Part shown: positions 30,353 through 39,215 of the stretch, piece by piece
How the letters are laid out: each line of letters begins with the position of its first letter
Position numbering within the stretch: the first letter of the stretch is position 1
IMG/VR virus record: IMGVR_UViG_3300030110_003594
Location: 55,869-119,868 of that record
Origin: a virus
Reading direction: 5' to 3' (one strand)
Length of the DNA: 64,000 nucleotides
Translations under genes and position numbers: made by a program
Notes under the pieces: model-generated
Told to the model about the DNA's origin: nothing
The model's input: only the letters and a program-made list of their open reading frames with translations
Databases searched by the model: none

Positions 30353-32541
30353 TTTATATTTTTAAAAGGTGACTTTTTAAATTTTTTACTATTTGACAAT
30401 TTTCTATTTCTCCCTAAATTCTTAAAAGGGTTCATAGATAATTTATACAAATTTTGTGAATTATCCAAGTTATTTGCTGACTTATCACTCTCTTTACGTT
30501 TTAAATAGCCTCTATTTGACTGTTGAACTCTTGCAAATGCTATTAATGAAGAAAATGCTACTAGTCTATCCACGTTTAATCCTGGATAATATTGTGACAT
30601 TTCAGTTAGTAACATTGGATCAGGAATTCTTTCTATTCCAAAAGTTTGTTTAACTACTTCACCATTGTCATCTAACTCTTCGTCTATTGCTTCTCTTATA
30701 TATTCTATTGCATAAGAGATTAAATGATTTTTAAATAATGTACCTGTATTTTTCCAACCATATTCTTGATATACTGTTCTATTTGAACCAAGGTCTTTTA
30801 GAAATAAAACTTGTTGTTTAGGTACAAGATATTTTTGTTTTCTTCTTGCAATCATATGTTGTATAAACAAAGATATATTATTTTCAACAATAGTCCAAGC
30901 TTTATACCATTCTATGATCATTTCTAATCTTTCATGAGTTTTGTTTATATCATCAAATCTACCACACCATGCTGCAACAATTTTATCTTTCTCAATAAAT
31001 GTTTCCTTACCATCTGGAGTTTCTCTTGTAATTTCTACAGGATTTTTATAAACAAATATACTACATAATGAATCTGATGTAGTTGTCTTACCTTCTGATA
31101 CAGGGTCAATAGATGCATAATACATTCCAAAGTCTGGATTCTTAACAGGTCTTTCCCATACAACTATTGATCCTGTTTTATCCTCCATTTTTTTCTTTAC
31201 AGGAAAATGAGATATAGGTAATTTTTTTGTTCTACTTGCTACTATTCCTTTTTCATCTCTTTCTAATTTTATAAACTCATATGAATATTCTTTATCCTCA
31301 ATTTTTTTCATTTGTCTTGCAATTAGATTTTGAGGAAAAACGGCTTCTTGTCTATAAGCAAATGCTTCTGCTATATTAACTGGTTTCTGAGATATACGTA
31401 ATTGATATTGCTCAGGTGCTAAATCTTTTTGCCATTGTGCTCTTTCATCTTCAATTGCTTTGAGAGATTCTTTAATTAATGAATTTCCATATTTATCAAT
31501 ATGTGGAGGCATAGACCATTGTTCTGGAATAAATAATCCTGCAACACCTATACCACCTTTATCATCCATAAGATCAGTTTCTACAGCATATATATCATTT
31601 GATTGTGGATTAAGAATAAATTCTTTTAATGGATTACATTGATTAAGATCACCTACTGATCCTGCTGCAATAAACATACCTGTTGTCATCATACCTGATG
31701 TCATAGCTGGTCTGATATACTCATATGTTTGATCCATCTTTGGAGCAATACCAGCTTCTTCATGAAAAAAGAAAGTACAAGGTCCACCTACACCTGTTGT
31801 TGCATTTTTTTCAAAAGATGCACCTTGTATTTTAGACATAAGTCCTTTGTTGGTTTTTCTATTATTTATTCTTACTTCTATCTTTTGTTCCCAAAGTAAT
31901 ACTTTTTCTGGAGTACATGGTCTATACCATGCTGTATGTTCATTAAGAAATGTTTTATATTCATCTAAGAATTTCCAGGATCCTTTATCATTTATATAAT
32001 CTTTAAGTGATGCTCCTATTTTACATATTGATCCTTCTTCAAACCAAAATTGATTTATGATTTTTCCCATATGAAAGTATGAAGAAGCTATTTGTCTTTT
32101 TTTTAGAATTGCTGCATGTTTATAATGTAATTCAGCTAGTATTTCATATAAAGCCATATGATATTGAGCATCTCTTACTTTTGCAAAACCATATTTTTTT
32201 TCTTCTTTATCAAAAATTGGTAAGAAGTTTAACCACATATAATAATCTCTGGTTAAATAAAATACATTCTTTTTACCATGAAAGAACACACCATTTTTAC
32301 ATTTATCTTTTTGATCTTCCCAATATTTTATATAATCTTTAGATCTAAATGGTTTATCACAATAAAATCCTTGTTTATCAAAATTTTTTGCTTGTTCATT
32401 AAACAGTAAAGCTGCATCATCAAATTCATATTGTCCAGGTTCTTTAAAAAGATCAATAAGATACTTAGTGAATTCTTCTCTTGTTTCAAATTCAGTAGTA
32501 TCCCATTTACCATCTTTATATGTTGGAACTGTTTTATACAT
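30349..32541 (-). CDS. terL: Terminase large subunit
   Basis: Walker A-like KRQIASS, Walker B FFHEEAG, nuclease YASIDPV...VDRLVA. Adjacent to the portal gene. Confidence 0.9.
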   Translation of the reverse strand: MYKTVPTYKDGKWDTTEFETREEFTKYLIDLFKEPGQYEFDDAALLFNEQAKNFDKQGFYCDKPFRSKDYIKYWEDQKDKCKNGVFFHGKKNVFYLTRDYYMWLNFLPIFDKEEKKYGFAKVRDAQYHMALYEILAELHYKHAAILKKRQIASSYFHMGKIINQFWFEEGSICKIGASLKDYINDKGSWKFLDEYKTFLNEHTAWYRPCTPEKVLLWEQKIEVRINNRKTNKGLMSKIQGASFEKNATTGVGGPCTFFFHEEAGIAPKMDQTYEYIRPAMTSGMMTTGMFIAAGSVGDLNQCNPLKEFILNPQSNDIYAVETDLMDDKGGIGVAGLFIPEQWSMPPHIDKYGNSLIKESLKAIEDERAQWQKDLAPEQYQLRISQKPVNIAEAFAYRQEAVFPQNLIARQMKKIEDKEYSYEFIKLERDEKGIVASRTKKLPISHFPVKKKMEDKTGSIVVWERPVKNPDFGMYYASIDPVSEGKTTTSDSLCSIFVYKNPVEITRETPDGKETFIEKDKIVAAWCGRFDDINKTHERLEMIIEWYKAWTIVENNISLFIQHMIARRKQKYLVPKQQVLFLKDLGSNRTVYQEYGWKNTGTLFKNHLISYAIEYIREAIDEELDDNGEVVKQTFGIERIPDPMLLTEMSQYYPGLNVDRLVAFSSLIAFARVQQSNRGYLKRKESDKSANNLDNSQNLYKLSMNPFKNLGRNRKLSNSKKFKKSPFKNIK

Positions 32542-32806
32542 CTTCTATAGCCCAAACATCTTGTTGTTTAAGTAATATGTGATCTTCATCCATATGTGTT
32601 ACTTTAACTGGTTGTATAAATTGATTAAACAATACAATTTCACCTTCATATATTCCTTTTACATCTTCACCTATACCTACTACAGTTCCTCTATCTTCTT
32701 TTTCTTGATTAGATTCTGGAATATAAATTCCTGTATCACCATAGGTTTCTTTTGCTTTGTGTTGTCTAATTAGGAGTCTATCTCCCACTGGTCTAATTTT
32801 GCTCAT
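32534..32806 (-). CDS. groES: Co-chaperonin GroES
   Basis: IRPVGDRLLI, TGIYIP, GTVVGIG and ILLKQQDVWAI. Confidence 0.9.
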   Translation of the reverse strand: MSKIRPVGDRLLIRQHKAKETYGDTGIYIPESNQEKEDRGTVVGIGEDVKGIYEGEIVLFNQFIQPVKVTHMDEDHILLKQQDVWAIEDV

Positions 32807-32825
32807 TTTAATTTGGTTTTAATTA

Positions 32826-33344
32826 TTACATTTGGTCATAAGCCAAGCCTTGTCCACCACGTACTTGACTTTTTTGTTCATCTTTCATATCATTATACGC
32901 TCCTTTAAATGATTGTCTTATACTATCAAACTTAGCAGCTGTATTTACTAATGCTGTAAGATTACCATCTCTCCCATGCTCTATTTGAGTTTTTTCCATA
33001 TATCTTGCTAATCTATCTAACATTGTCTTAATACCTTTATATGCTCTATATGTTGGTGTATGATAAAGTTCTTCACAAAGTTTAATAGCATTTCTTATAG
33101 TTTCATCTTCTGGAGATTCTTCTAAACCTACTTCATCTATTATTAATTCTTCTTTTTCATGTTCTGTCATATTAAAAAAAGGATTCATATCTGGATCTGG
33201 ACAAGTCATATAAAATATAAATAAATATACCTCCATATATGTATCTGGATATTTATCCATAATACCTTTAAGTGTTTTTATAGAGTAACAGTGTTCTGAT
33301 GGAATCACTTTACCATTTTGTACATCAAATAATTTTACTAACAT
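32826..33344 (-). CDS. Hypothetical helical protein (possible terminase small subunit)
   Basis: 172 aa upstream of TerL/GroES. Function is inferred from position only. Confidence 0.4.
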   Translation of the reverse strand: MLVKLFDVQNGKVIPSEHCYSIKTLKGIMDKYPDTYMEVYLFIFYMTCPDPDMNPFFNMTEHEKEELIIDEVGLEESPEDETIRNAIKLCEELYHTPTYRAYKGIKTMLDRLARYMEKTQIEHGRDGNLTALVNTAAKFDSIRQSFKGAYNDMKDEQKSQVRGGQGLAYDQM

Positions 33345-34171
33345 TGTGGATTATCTTTAAGCCACATAACAAGACTATTAACTTCATCTTTTAAATATGG
33401 CAATTCATACATTTTAATTTCTTTAATAATTGGTTCTCCTTGATCATTATACTTAGTGATAGGATAACCAAACTTGTTTTCACCTTCTTTTTCAAATGAT
33501 ACATGCTGTATTTGTAATTTACCTATTTTTAATTTAGGATTATGTTTTTTGATTATATATGCATATAAACTTAATTGCAAATTATAATGTTTTAAATTAC
33601 AATCATCAAGGTTATTAACAGGATTATACATTTTAGCTGTTATACCCTCCCAATTTGTAAATCCTTTTTCTTTAATTTCTTTATTAGTTTTATAATCTAA
33701 AATATTTATTTTACCATTAACAATACTAACAAGATCAGCCTGTCCACATATACCTAATGATTTTAAATAAACAAAATGTTCAGGGTATACACCATCTTTT
33801 AATTTTTGTTCAGGTGCAATCTTTATACCATTATCATCTGTTATTGGTCTTACAATTGGAACTTCAGTTCCGTCTCTTTCAATAGTATCCCATTCACATA
33901 AATTTTCTTCTCTCTGATCATGGTACCAATTACCAAGTTTAATTGCTCTCTGTGTTTCAGTATCCCAGGCATCAGTAATTTCTTTAGGTGTCATACCATA
34001 CCATTTAGATCTTTTGTTCTTAGATGATTTCTTAGCTTGACCATCTCTATCAAATTTGGGTTTAAACATACCTACAAAACTAGTAACACTAGTCCATTTA
34101 ATTTGATCTTTTTCTAGATCTTCATTAAGGCTTTCATATATATGTCCTTTTTCTTTAAATATTACCGGCAT
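33338..34171 (-). CDS. PD-(D/E)XK exonuclease (Cas4/RecB-like)
   Basis: SVT, G..H, E, GQADL, ILDYKT and YNLQLSLYA. Confidence 0.85.
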   Translation of the reverse strand: MPVIFKEKGHIYESLNEDLEKDQIKWTSVTSFVGMFKPKFDRDGQAKKSSKNKRSKWYGMTPKEITDAWDTETQRAIKLGNWYHDQREENLCEWDTIERDGTEVPIVRPITDDNGIKIAPEQKLKDGVYPEHFVYLKSLGICGQADLVSIVNGKINILDYKTNKEIKEKGFTNWEGITAKMYNPVNNLDDCNLKHYNLQLSLYAYIIKKHNPKLKIGKLQIQHVSFEKEGENKFGYPITKYNDQGEPIIKEIKMYELPYLKDEVNSLVMWLKDNPQC

Positions 34172-34574
34172 CTCTCTTTTTTTGTTGTTCTTTTAATTTT
34201 TTAAAATGTTCTTCCTTCAATTTATTTATTTTTGCATCATAAGCTTTTTTAGCTTCATGACTTAGATACACTTGTTTTTTTAATTTATCTTCCATTTCTG
34301 GTGTCATAATTGCATCCCATCTTCCTTTTGGACAATCAGAAGACATAGCTCTTATTTTAAGACCAATACTACAACCACAATCTGAACAGCAAGGTTGTGT
34401 TTTAGGAACTGCACAACTTTTTCCTTCTCTATCTAATAAAGGACATATTTTACATTCTTGCCATCTTAATTTAGCAACAGCTTCTATATCATCATTTTTA
34501 AAAATTTTATTTTTTATACCTTCAGCAATTTGATCTAAATTACCTAATGCACTTAATAGTTTACTTATTCTCAT
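34155..34574 (-). CDS. Cys-rich putative zinc-binding protein
   Basis: CKICP...C...CCSDCGC...CPKGRW. Likely start MRISKLL. Confidence 0.6.
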   Translation of the reverse strand: MRISKLLSALGNLDQIAEGIKNKIFKNDDIEAVAKLRWQECKICPLLDREGKSCAVPKTQPCCSDCGCSIGLKIRAMSSDCPKGRWDAIMTPEMEDKLKKQVYLSHEAKKAYDAKINKLKEEHFKKLKEQQKKRDAGNI

Positions 34575-34920
34575 CTTTAAACTTTTTTTTATTCTCAATA
34601 TTTTTTTCAATTGTCTCTAATAAATCTTCCATAGCTTTTAATTTTTGTTTTACTGGTATAGATTTATCATATCCATCAAATGTCATTTTTTCTAAATTAC
34701 CTAATATATCTTTATTTCTTTTAATATTGTTTTTCAATTTACCAACTCTAATTGAAAAGGTACCAAGATTAGGTATGTTAATCTTGGGATGTTTTAAATC
34801 TGATAAATTTTTTCTAACTCTATCATAGAAAAAAAATATAAAATCAGATACTAAATCTTTATGAACCTTTGCTTCTTCAGCAATGTCATCATAGAAGGAT
34901 TTATAATTCTTGGGATTCAA
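34561..34920 (-). CDS. IHF/HU-like protein
   Basis: IAEEAKV...KINIPNLGTFSI matches the HU/IHF pattern. Confidence 0.55.
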   Translation of the reverse strand: MNPKNYKSFYDDIAEEAKVHKDLVSDFIFFFYDRVRKNLSDLKHPKINIPNLGTFSIRVGKLKNNIKRNKDILGNLEKMTFDGYDKSIPVKQKLKAMEDLLETIEKNIENKKKFKDENK

Positions 34921-35272
34921 TTCCTAAAATTTTAAAATCTAAAAACAATGTACCTTCAATCTGTATATCCATAGCAGGATTAAGAGATATTGTTTTTTTA
35001 TTATTTCCTTTTTTTACTATTAGTCCTTTCTTTTCTGCTTTTGATAAAGCATTTCTACAAGATTGAGGACTTTTAAATATTCCTAATTCAGATATTTTTT
35101 CACAAAATAAAGTTAATTCAATTCCTTCCATTAAAGCTAAAGAGTATAGACAATTCAGATCAGATGTGCTTATTTGAATATTATTAAAGAAGCAGTAGGT
35201 AAGGATTTGGTATTGTATAACCTCATCCTTACTTACTTTAATCTTTTTATCTATTTTATTAACTAAAGCCAT
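34901..35272 (-). CDS. Winged-helix protein
   Basis: SPQSCRNALSKAEKKGLIVK recognition helix and wing. Confidence 0.55.
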   Translation of the reverse strand: MALVNKIDKKIKVSKDEVIQYQILTYCFFNNIQISTSDLNCLYSLALMEGIELTLFCEKISELGIFKSPQSCRNALSKAEKKGLIVKKGNNKKTISLNPAMDIQIEGTLFLDFKILGIESQEL

Positions 35273-35883
35273 GTTGTTGGAATATCATCACTATCAAGCA
35301 AAGTATATGTAAAGTTATTACTCCAAGTATCTCTTGCTTTTCTCATTATTTTCATAAACTTAGTCCAATCATCATTAGCTGCAATTACTTGACAACCTGC
35401 TGACCATTTATCTACTTGACTAGATTTTTTACCAGCATATTTAGTTGCTCTATGAATATTAATACCAAATAATCCTGTATCTGTATTCTCTGTATTAAGA
35501 TTATACATATCATCTCTATTATTATCACGGTAAACTGTTACATTGTTTTGTTGTCCTAATGCTTCATATCTACCTTGATGTTTTCTAATTTTATGAGATT
35601 TTGGATATTGTCCAGGTTTTAAAATTGCAGTACCTTTACTTTTTAAAATAGGACTATCCATATAATGAGTTCCTGGATCAGTGGTGCAATCAAATTCATG
35701 ATATTGCCACTCACCATTTATCTTATATGATAGAGTCATTAAATCATCAAATGCGTTTGTAACCTTATTCTTAGTTAAAGAATTTCTCACTCCAACTATA
35801 TTTACGTTATAGTCACCAGATTCAAAAAACTTGTACCCCTTAGTTTCTAGTGCTCTCTTTATATGATCTACACTATACTTCAT
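35263..35883 (-). CDS. Putative peptidoglycan hydrolase (YkuD/L,D-transpeptidase-like), candidate endolysin
   Basis: GINIHRA...WSAGCQV His/Ser-x-Gly-Cys catalytic pattern. True start likely MKYSVDH. Confidence 0.6.
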   Translation of the reverse strand: MKYSVDHIKRALETKGYKFFESGDYNVNIVGVRNSLTKNKVTNAFDDLMTLSYKINGEWQYHEFDCTTDPGTHYMDSPILKSKGTAILKPGQYPKSHKIRKHQGRYEALGQQNNVTVYRDNNRDDMYNLNTENTDTGLFGINIHRATKYAGKKSSQVDKWSAGCQVIAANDDWTKFMKIMRKARDTWSNNFTYTLLDSDDIPTTWL

Positions 35884-36238
35884 TGCTTTGTCTTTTAAGG
35901 GTTCTTTTAATTTGTTCTGCTGCTTCAGAACCTGATACTTTACTTGTATCAAATGACATTTTTTGTTCCTGTGTTGCAGGATTAGCAGGTGCTTCTTCAC
36001 CATCTTCTGGTGGTGTAGCCATTGTTTGAGCAATAAACATTTGTGCTTGTAATCTTTCAGCACGTGTTTTCTCAATGTCTCTTAAAAGTTCTTCATACTC
36101 TTTTTGAACTTTAAGGTGAGGAATATTTTCTTCATAATATGAAGTAATTTCCTTTCTTCTGTTATCTAAATCTTCTTTAGATATGTTTTCTCCACTTGAG
36201 TCTTCAACTGGAGATGTTGATTTTTTAGATTTTGCCAT
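35873..36238 (-). CDS. Hypothetical coiled-coil protein
   Basis: 121-aa ORF downstream of a TAnnTTTG promoter. Confidence 0.6.
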   Translation of the reverse strand: MAKSKKSTSPVEDSSGENISKEDLDNRRKEITSYYEENIPHLKVQKEYEELLRDIEKTRAERLQAQMFIAQTMATPPEDGEEAPANPATQEQKMSFDTSKVSGSEAAEQIKRTLKRQSNEV

Positions 36239-36273
36239 CTTTTAAAATTTTAAATTAATAATTAAATTCTTGG

Positions 36274-36281
36274 CAAATATA
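36274..36281 (-). promoter_or_regulatory. Bacteroidota -7 promoter element TATATTTG
   Basis: Matches TAnnTTTG. Intergenic. Confidence 0.55.
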
Positions 36282-36328
36282 TAAAAAAAGTTTAAATAAA
36301 AAAAGTTTAAAGGTTTTTTTTATTTTTT

Positions 36329-36988
36329 TTAATGATACCCGTTCAAAAGTTCTAAAAGATTATCTATTGCACTATGTCTATGAGAATCTTCTAATACAGT
36401 TTTAAATACATAATCTGAATTAGTTAATTTAGCCATATCATGATATGCAGACCAATTTTTATCTTTTAGATCTATTTGGTATGAATCACCACAAAATATC
36501 ATCTTTGAATCTTTACCAAGTCTACCTATACACATAGCAAGTTGTGATCTTGTTAGATTTTGAAACTCATCTACTATTACCACACTATTATCAAAGGTTC
36601 TTCCACGGAAATGAGCTAAAGATACAAGTTCTATACTTTCTTCTTTTTCCATTTTTTCAAGAAGATTAGGTTTATTATAGATTTTACGCATATTAGAACG
36701 TATAGGTACAAGCCACGGTTCCATTTTTTCACGTTCAGATCCTGGTAAGAAACCATTATCTTCAGTTGATACAGTAGGTCTTGTAATTATTATCTTGTTA
36801 AATTGGCGTTTAAAGAATTGATCAAGGGCTATTTGAACAGCTAATAATGTTTTACCTGATCCTGCTTTACCAACTACAAAGTTAAAAGGATGTTTTAATA
36901 TTTCTGTCTTAGCTTTCTTCTGTTCTTCAGAAAGGCTAAGAGAGAATCTTACAGACCCTTTAGGAGGAGTCTTTTGTTTATTTGTCAT
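36329..36988 (-). CDS. phoH: PhoH-like ATPase
   Basis: GKAGSGKT, GFLPG, RGRTF, VDEFQN and GDSYQ. Confidence 0.95.
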   Translation of the reverse strand: MTNKQKTPPKGSVRFSLSLSEEQKKAKTEILKHPFNFVVGKAGSGKTLLAVQIALDQFFKRQFNKIIITRPTVSTEDNGFLPGSEREKMEPWLVPIRSNMRKIYNKPNLLEKMEKEESIELVSLAHFRGRTFDNSVVIVDEFQNLTRSQLAMCIGRLGKDSKMIFCGDSYQIDLKDKNWSAYHDMAKLTNSDYVFKTVLEDSHRHSAIDNLLELLNGYH

Positions 36989-36994
36989 AAATGA

Positions 36995-37210
36995 TTATTT
37001 AGATTTAACCTTTTCAAATGTACTAATACCAAAACAACCCAGTGTTACTAACACAAAAGAATTGTAAATAGTATTATTAATGATAAGCTCTTGACCACAA
37101 AGACCGGTTATTAAATCTGTAATAGCAAATAATACCATAAGAACAAAAGATGCAAAGCCTACAATAGCTTTCTCATTAATGTCATTTTGATCTTTGAACA
37201 ATTTCCACAT
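36995..37210 (-). CDS. Two-TM membrane protein, holin candidate
   Basis: 71 aa with two hydrophobic helices and a basic C-terminus. Confidence 0.5.
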   Translation of the reverse strand: MWKLFKDQNDINEKAIVGFASFVLMVLFAITDLITGLCGQELIINNTIYNSFVLVTLGCFGISTFEKVKSK

Positions 37211-37212
37211 AA

Positions 37213-37371
37213 TTAAAGTACATTATTAGGTCCCATTTCCATACCGTAAGGACATCCACATCCTTGCACTTGAGGGCTTTTTACTTGTGTGTTTTTAACT
37301 GCTCCTCCTTTTTTGTATAAGCTCTTAGGCATAGTCCCTTTTTTTGTTGCAGGTTTAATTTTTTTTGCCAT
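37213..37371 (-). CDS. Small basic protein (52 aa, MAKKIKPATKKGTMPKSLYKKGG...)
   Basis: Translated by hand. Packs tightly between its neighbours. Confidence 0.6.
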   Translation of the reverse strand: MAKKIKPATKKGTMPKSLYKKGGAVKNTQVKSPQVQGCGCPYGMEMGPNNVL

Positions 37372-37373
37372 AA

Positions 37374-37589
37374 TTATTTCTTTTTACGTTTTTTCCAACT
37401 AATTCTTTTTGAACTAGTTTTCTTTTTAGCTGCAGATGTACATTGTGCTTTAGTTGGTCTACAAGCAGGATACGGTCTTTTAGATCCGCCTTTTGCTGAC
37501 TTTCTTCCACAAGCTTTACCAGTCTTGCAATCTATCCAACCTTTACCTTTGTTTCTACTAAACCATTTATGTAAGCTTTCTTTAGCCAT
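37374..37589 (-). CDS. Small basic Cys-containing protein
   Basis: 71 aa, K/R-rich, with RPYPACRP. Resembles small ORFs of aquatic phages. Confidence 0.7.
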   Translation of the reverse strand: MAKESLHKWFSRNKGKGWIDCKTGKACGRKSAKGGSKRPYPACRPTKAQCTSAAKKKTSSKRISWKKRKKK

Positions 37590-37747
37590 TATTTTTTCTT
37601 TTTAGACTTGTTGCCCCAATTGGCAGCCCCCACTTTTCTACATCTTACTAGTGCCCCGGATGCATAAGCTGATGGCCATACACTATATCTTGATCTTACT
37701 TTACTATAGCAAGCGTCTCTTTTTGCTTTCTTCTTTTTCTTTGCCAT
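37589..37747 (-). CDS. Small basic protein (52 aa, ...RDACYSKVRSRYSVWPSAYASGALVRCRK...)
   Basis: Translated by hand. TAATG coupling to the next gene. Confidence 0.7.
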   Translation of the reverse strand: MAKKKKKAKRDACYSKVRSRYSVWPSAYASGALVRCRKVGAANWGNKSKKKK

Positions 37748-37757
37748 AATTACTGTT

Positions 37758-38021
37758 TTAACATTTCCAACGTCTACGTGCTTTACAAATTCTTTTATCT
37801 GGAGTTTTACTACAGCTTATATTGTGCATTTTCATTTGACCTCTAGATCTAGCACAATATGATTTCTTACGTTTACCTCCTCCTGGCTGTGGTGCTTTAA
37901 GTTTAGAGCCTGTTTTTTTGTTGATCATTCTACGACCCTTAGCTGTAAGCCCACCTTTTTTACTTTTACAACCATTCTTGATAGAACAGCCTTTCATTGC
38001 ACCTTTATTTTTTCTTGCCAT
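37758..38021 (-). CDS. Small basic protein (GGLTAKGR...SYCARS...RRRWKC)
   Basis: 87 aa, extremely basic. Resembles a family I recall as DUF6321 (unverified). Confidence 0.7.
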   Translation of the reverse strand: MARKNKGAMKGCSIKNGCKSKKGGLTAKGRRMINKKTGSKLKAPQPGGGKRKKSYCARSRGQMKMHNISCSKTPDKRICKARRRWKC

Positions 38022-38024
38022 AAT

Positions 38025-38387
38025 CTATCTTTTTCCACCGTGGTATTCCACGGCATGACCCATTTCTATTAATTTATCATTCACGCAACATTCTTTTTCT
38101 TCTACAACTATATGTAGTTTACCAAGAACTCTTCCAAACTTACCCACCTTCTCACTCTCTATTACAAAATATTTCTCTTCATTTGTTTTTTCCAGTAGAT
38201 CTATTAACGCTTGCTTTGCAGCAAGACCACGTTTCTTTTCTTCTAGATCCCGTGTTCTTGATTCCGGTGTATTGATCCCTGCTAATCTAATTCTCTTATG
38301 AACTGTAATATCAAACCCCAGGTCAATGATGGCATCTAAGGTATCCCCATCAACCACTCTATCTAGTTTTGCTTTATAAACGTACAT
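38025..38387 (-). CDS. Thermonuclease (SNase-like)
   Basis: RVVDGDT, IRLAGINTPE and KFGRVLG. Confidence 0.9.
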   Translation of the reverse strand: MYVYKAKLDRVVDGDTLDAIIDLGFDITVHKRIRLAGINTPESRTRDLEEKKRGLAAKQALIDLLEKTNEEKYFVIESEKVGKFGRVLGKLHIVVEEKECCVNDKLIEMGHAVEYHGGKR

Positions 38388-38715
38388 CTGGTATTATCTC
38401 TTTTAATTCATTATCTATTTCCGTCTTGTTGATTATATCACGGATCTTAGCACATTTCTCATACTCCTCTTGTTCCACGAAGTAACCCATCATATTTTCC
38501 AACGTTTCTATTGACGGCTCTTCTTCCGGTTTATGAGCCATGAGAGCACTCATACCATTTCCTGTTTTCTCATCCATTAAATCTTGAAACTTTTTTTCTT
38601 TTGTTATTATCATGAATGAATTTCTGAATGCCGTGTCCACTATTAGATCCTCTAGTTCTAATCTCTGTGCATACGTTAATCCATTAAATTCATCCTCATT
38701 ATATTCTTCTGACAT
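38374..38715 (-). CDS. Acidic protein with UvrB/C-like motif
   Basis: EEYEKCAKIRD matches the UVR hairpin. Confidence 0.6.
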   Translation of the reverse strand: MSEEYNEDEFNGLTYAQRLELEDLIVDTAFRNSFMIITKEKKFQDLMDEKTGNGMSALMAHKPEEEPSIETLENMMGYFVEQEEYEKCAKIRDIINKTEIDNELKEIIPDVRL

Positions 38716-38877
38716 AATTAATTATTTTTTGGTGAGCACTATTTAATTTGGTTCCTTTTTGTAAAGGATTTATATACCCAATATACAAAAAATTTTTGGG
38801 TAATTAAAATGTTTTATGTGTCAAGTGCTTGAAACCTTCTAACTATCAGCTCCCCGGTTTACTCTTGACGTGTTGTC

Positions 38878-38898
38878 ACCCCCTGTAATATCAGGGGT
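38878..38898. promoter_or_regulatory. GC-rich hairpin at the strand-switch point
   Basis: CCCCTG-TAATAT-CAGGGG, ending about 27 nt upstream of the first plus-strand ATG. Confidence 0.45.
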
Positions 38899-38924
38899 AA
38901 TTTTAACCTTAAAAAATTTTTATT

Positions 38925-39215
38925 ATGAAAAATGTTTTTTTCCACAAGATAGTAAACAATACTATCGTTGTAAAGAGTCAACCATTGTCAGTCACTAAGA
39001 CTGAAATCAATGGTGTACAAGTGTTCACAAGAGAACAAGGTCAGGTGACCTATGGTCTATTGTGTCTCCTTGATGACAAGGGTAATTCCCTTGACCCTTC
39101 TTCACTTGGTCTTAAATTAAACCAAGAGATGAAAGGATTCCGTTTCTCTGAGTCTCCAGTCCTTGACCAAGAGACTAATGAAGAAACTGGAATGTATTGG
39201 GTGGAGTCTTATTAA
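38925..39215 (+). CDS. First early gene, hypothetical (96 aa, no alanine)
   Basis: ATG with an AT-rich leader. A hairpin covers the stop. Confidence 0.75.
   Translation: MKNVFFHKIVNNTIVVKSQPLSVTKTEINGVQVFTREQGQVTYGLLCLLDDKGNSLDPSSLGLKLNQEMKGFRFSESPVLDQETNEETGMYWVESY

Noticed and set aside
30349-32541. Intein or intron in TerL (also checked in the polymerase and DnaB)
   Set aside because: Motif spacing and lengths are ordinary, and there are no splice-junction or homing-nuclease motifs.
713-34828. Short plus-strand ORFs in the late block (e.g. 713, 2812, 4129, 26974, 27695)
   Set aside because: They are antisense shadows of long minus-strand genes, with implausible composition.
35884-36075. 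N-terminal extension of the 270-aa ORF
   Set aside because: It overlaps the 121-aa gene out of frame. The ATG at 35883 is the more plausible start.
36282-36328. AAAAAAAGTTTAAA direct repeat and poly-T as iterons
   Set aside because: Only two low-complexity copies in AT-rich promoter DNA, which is not distinguishable from chance.
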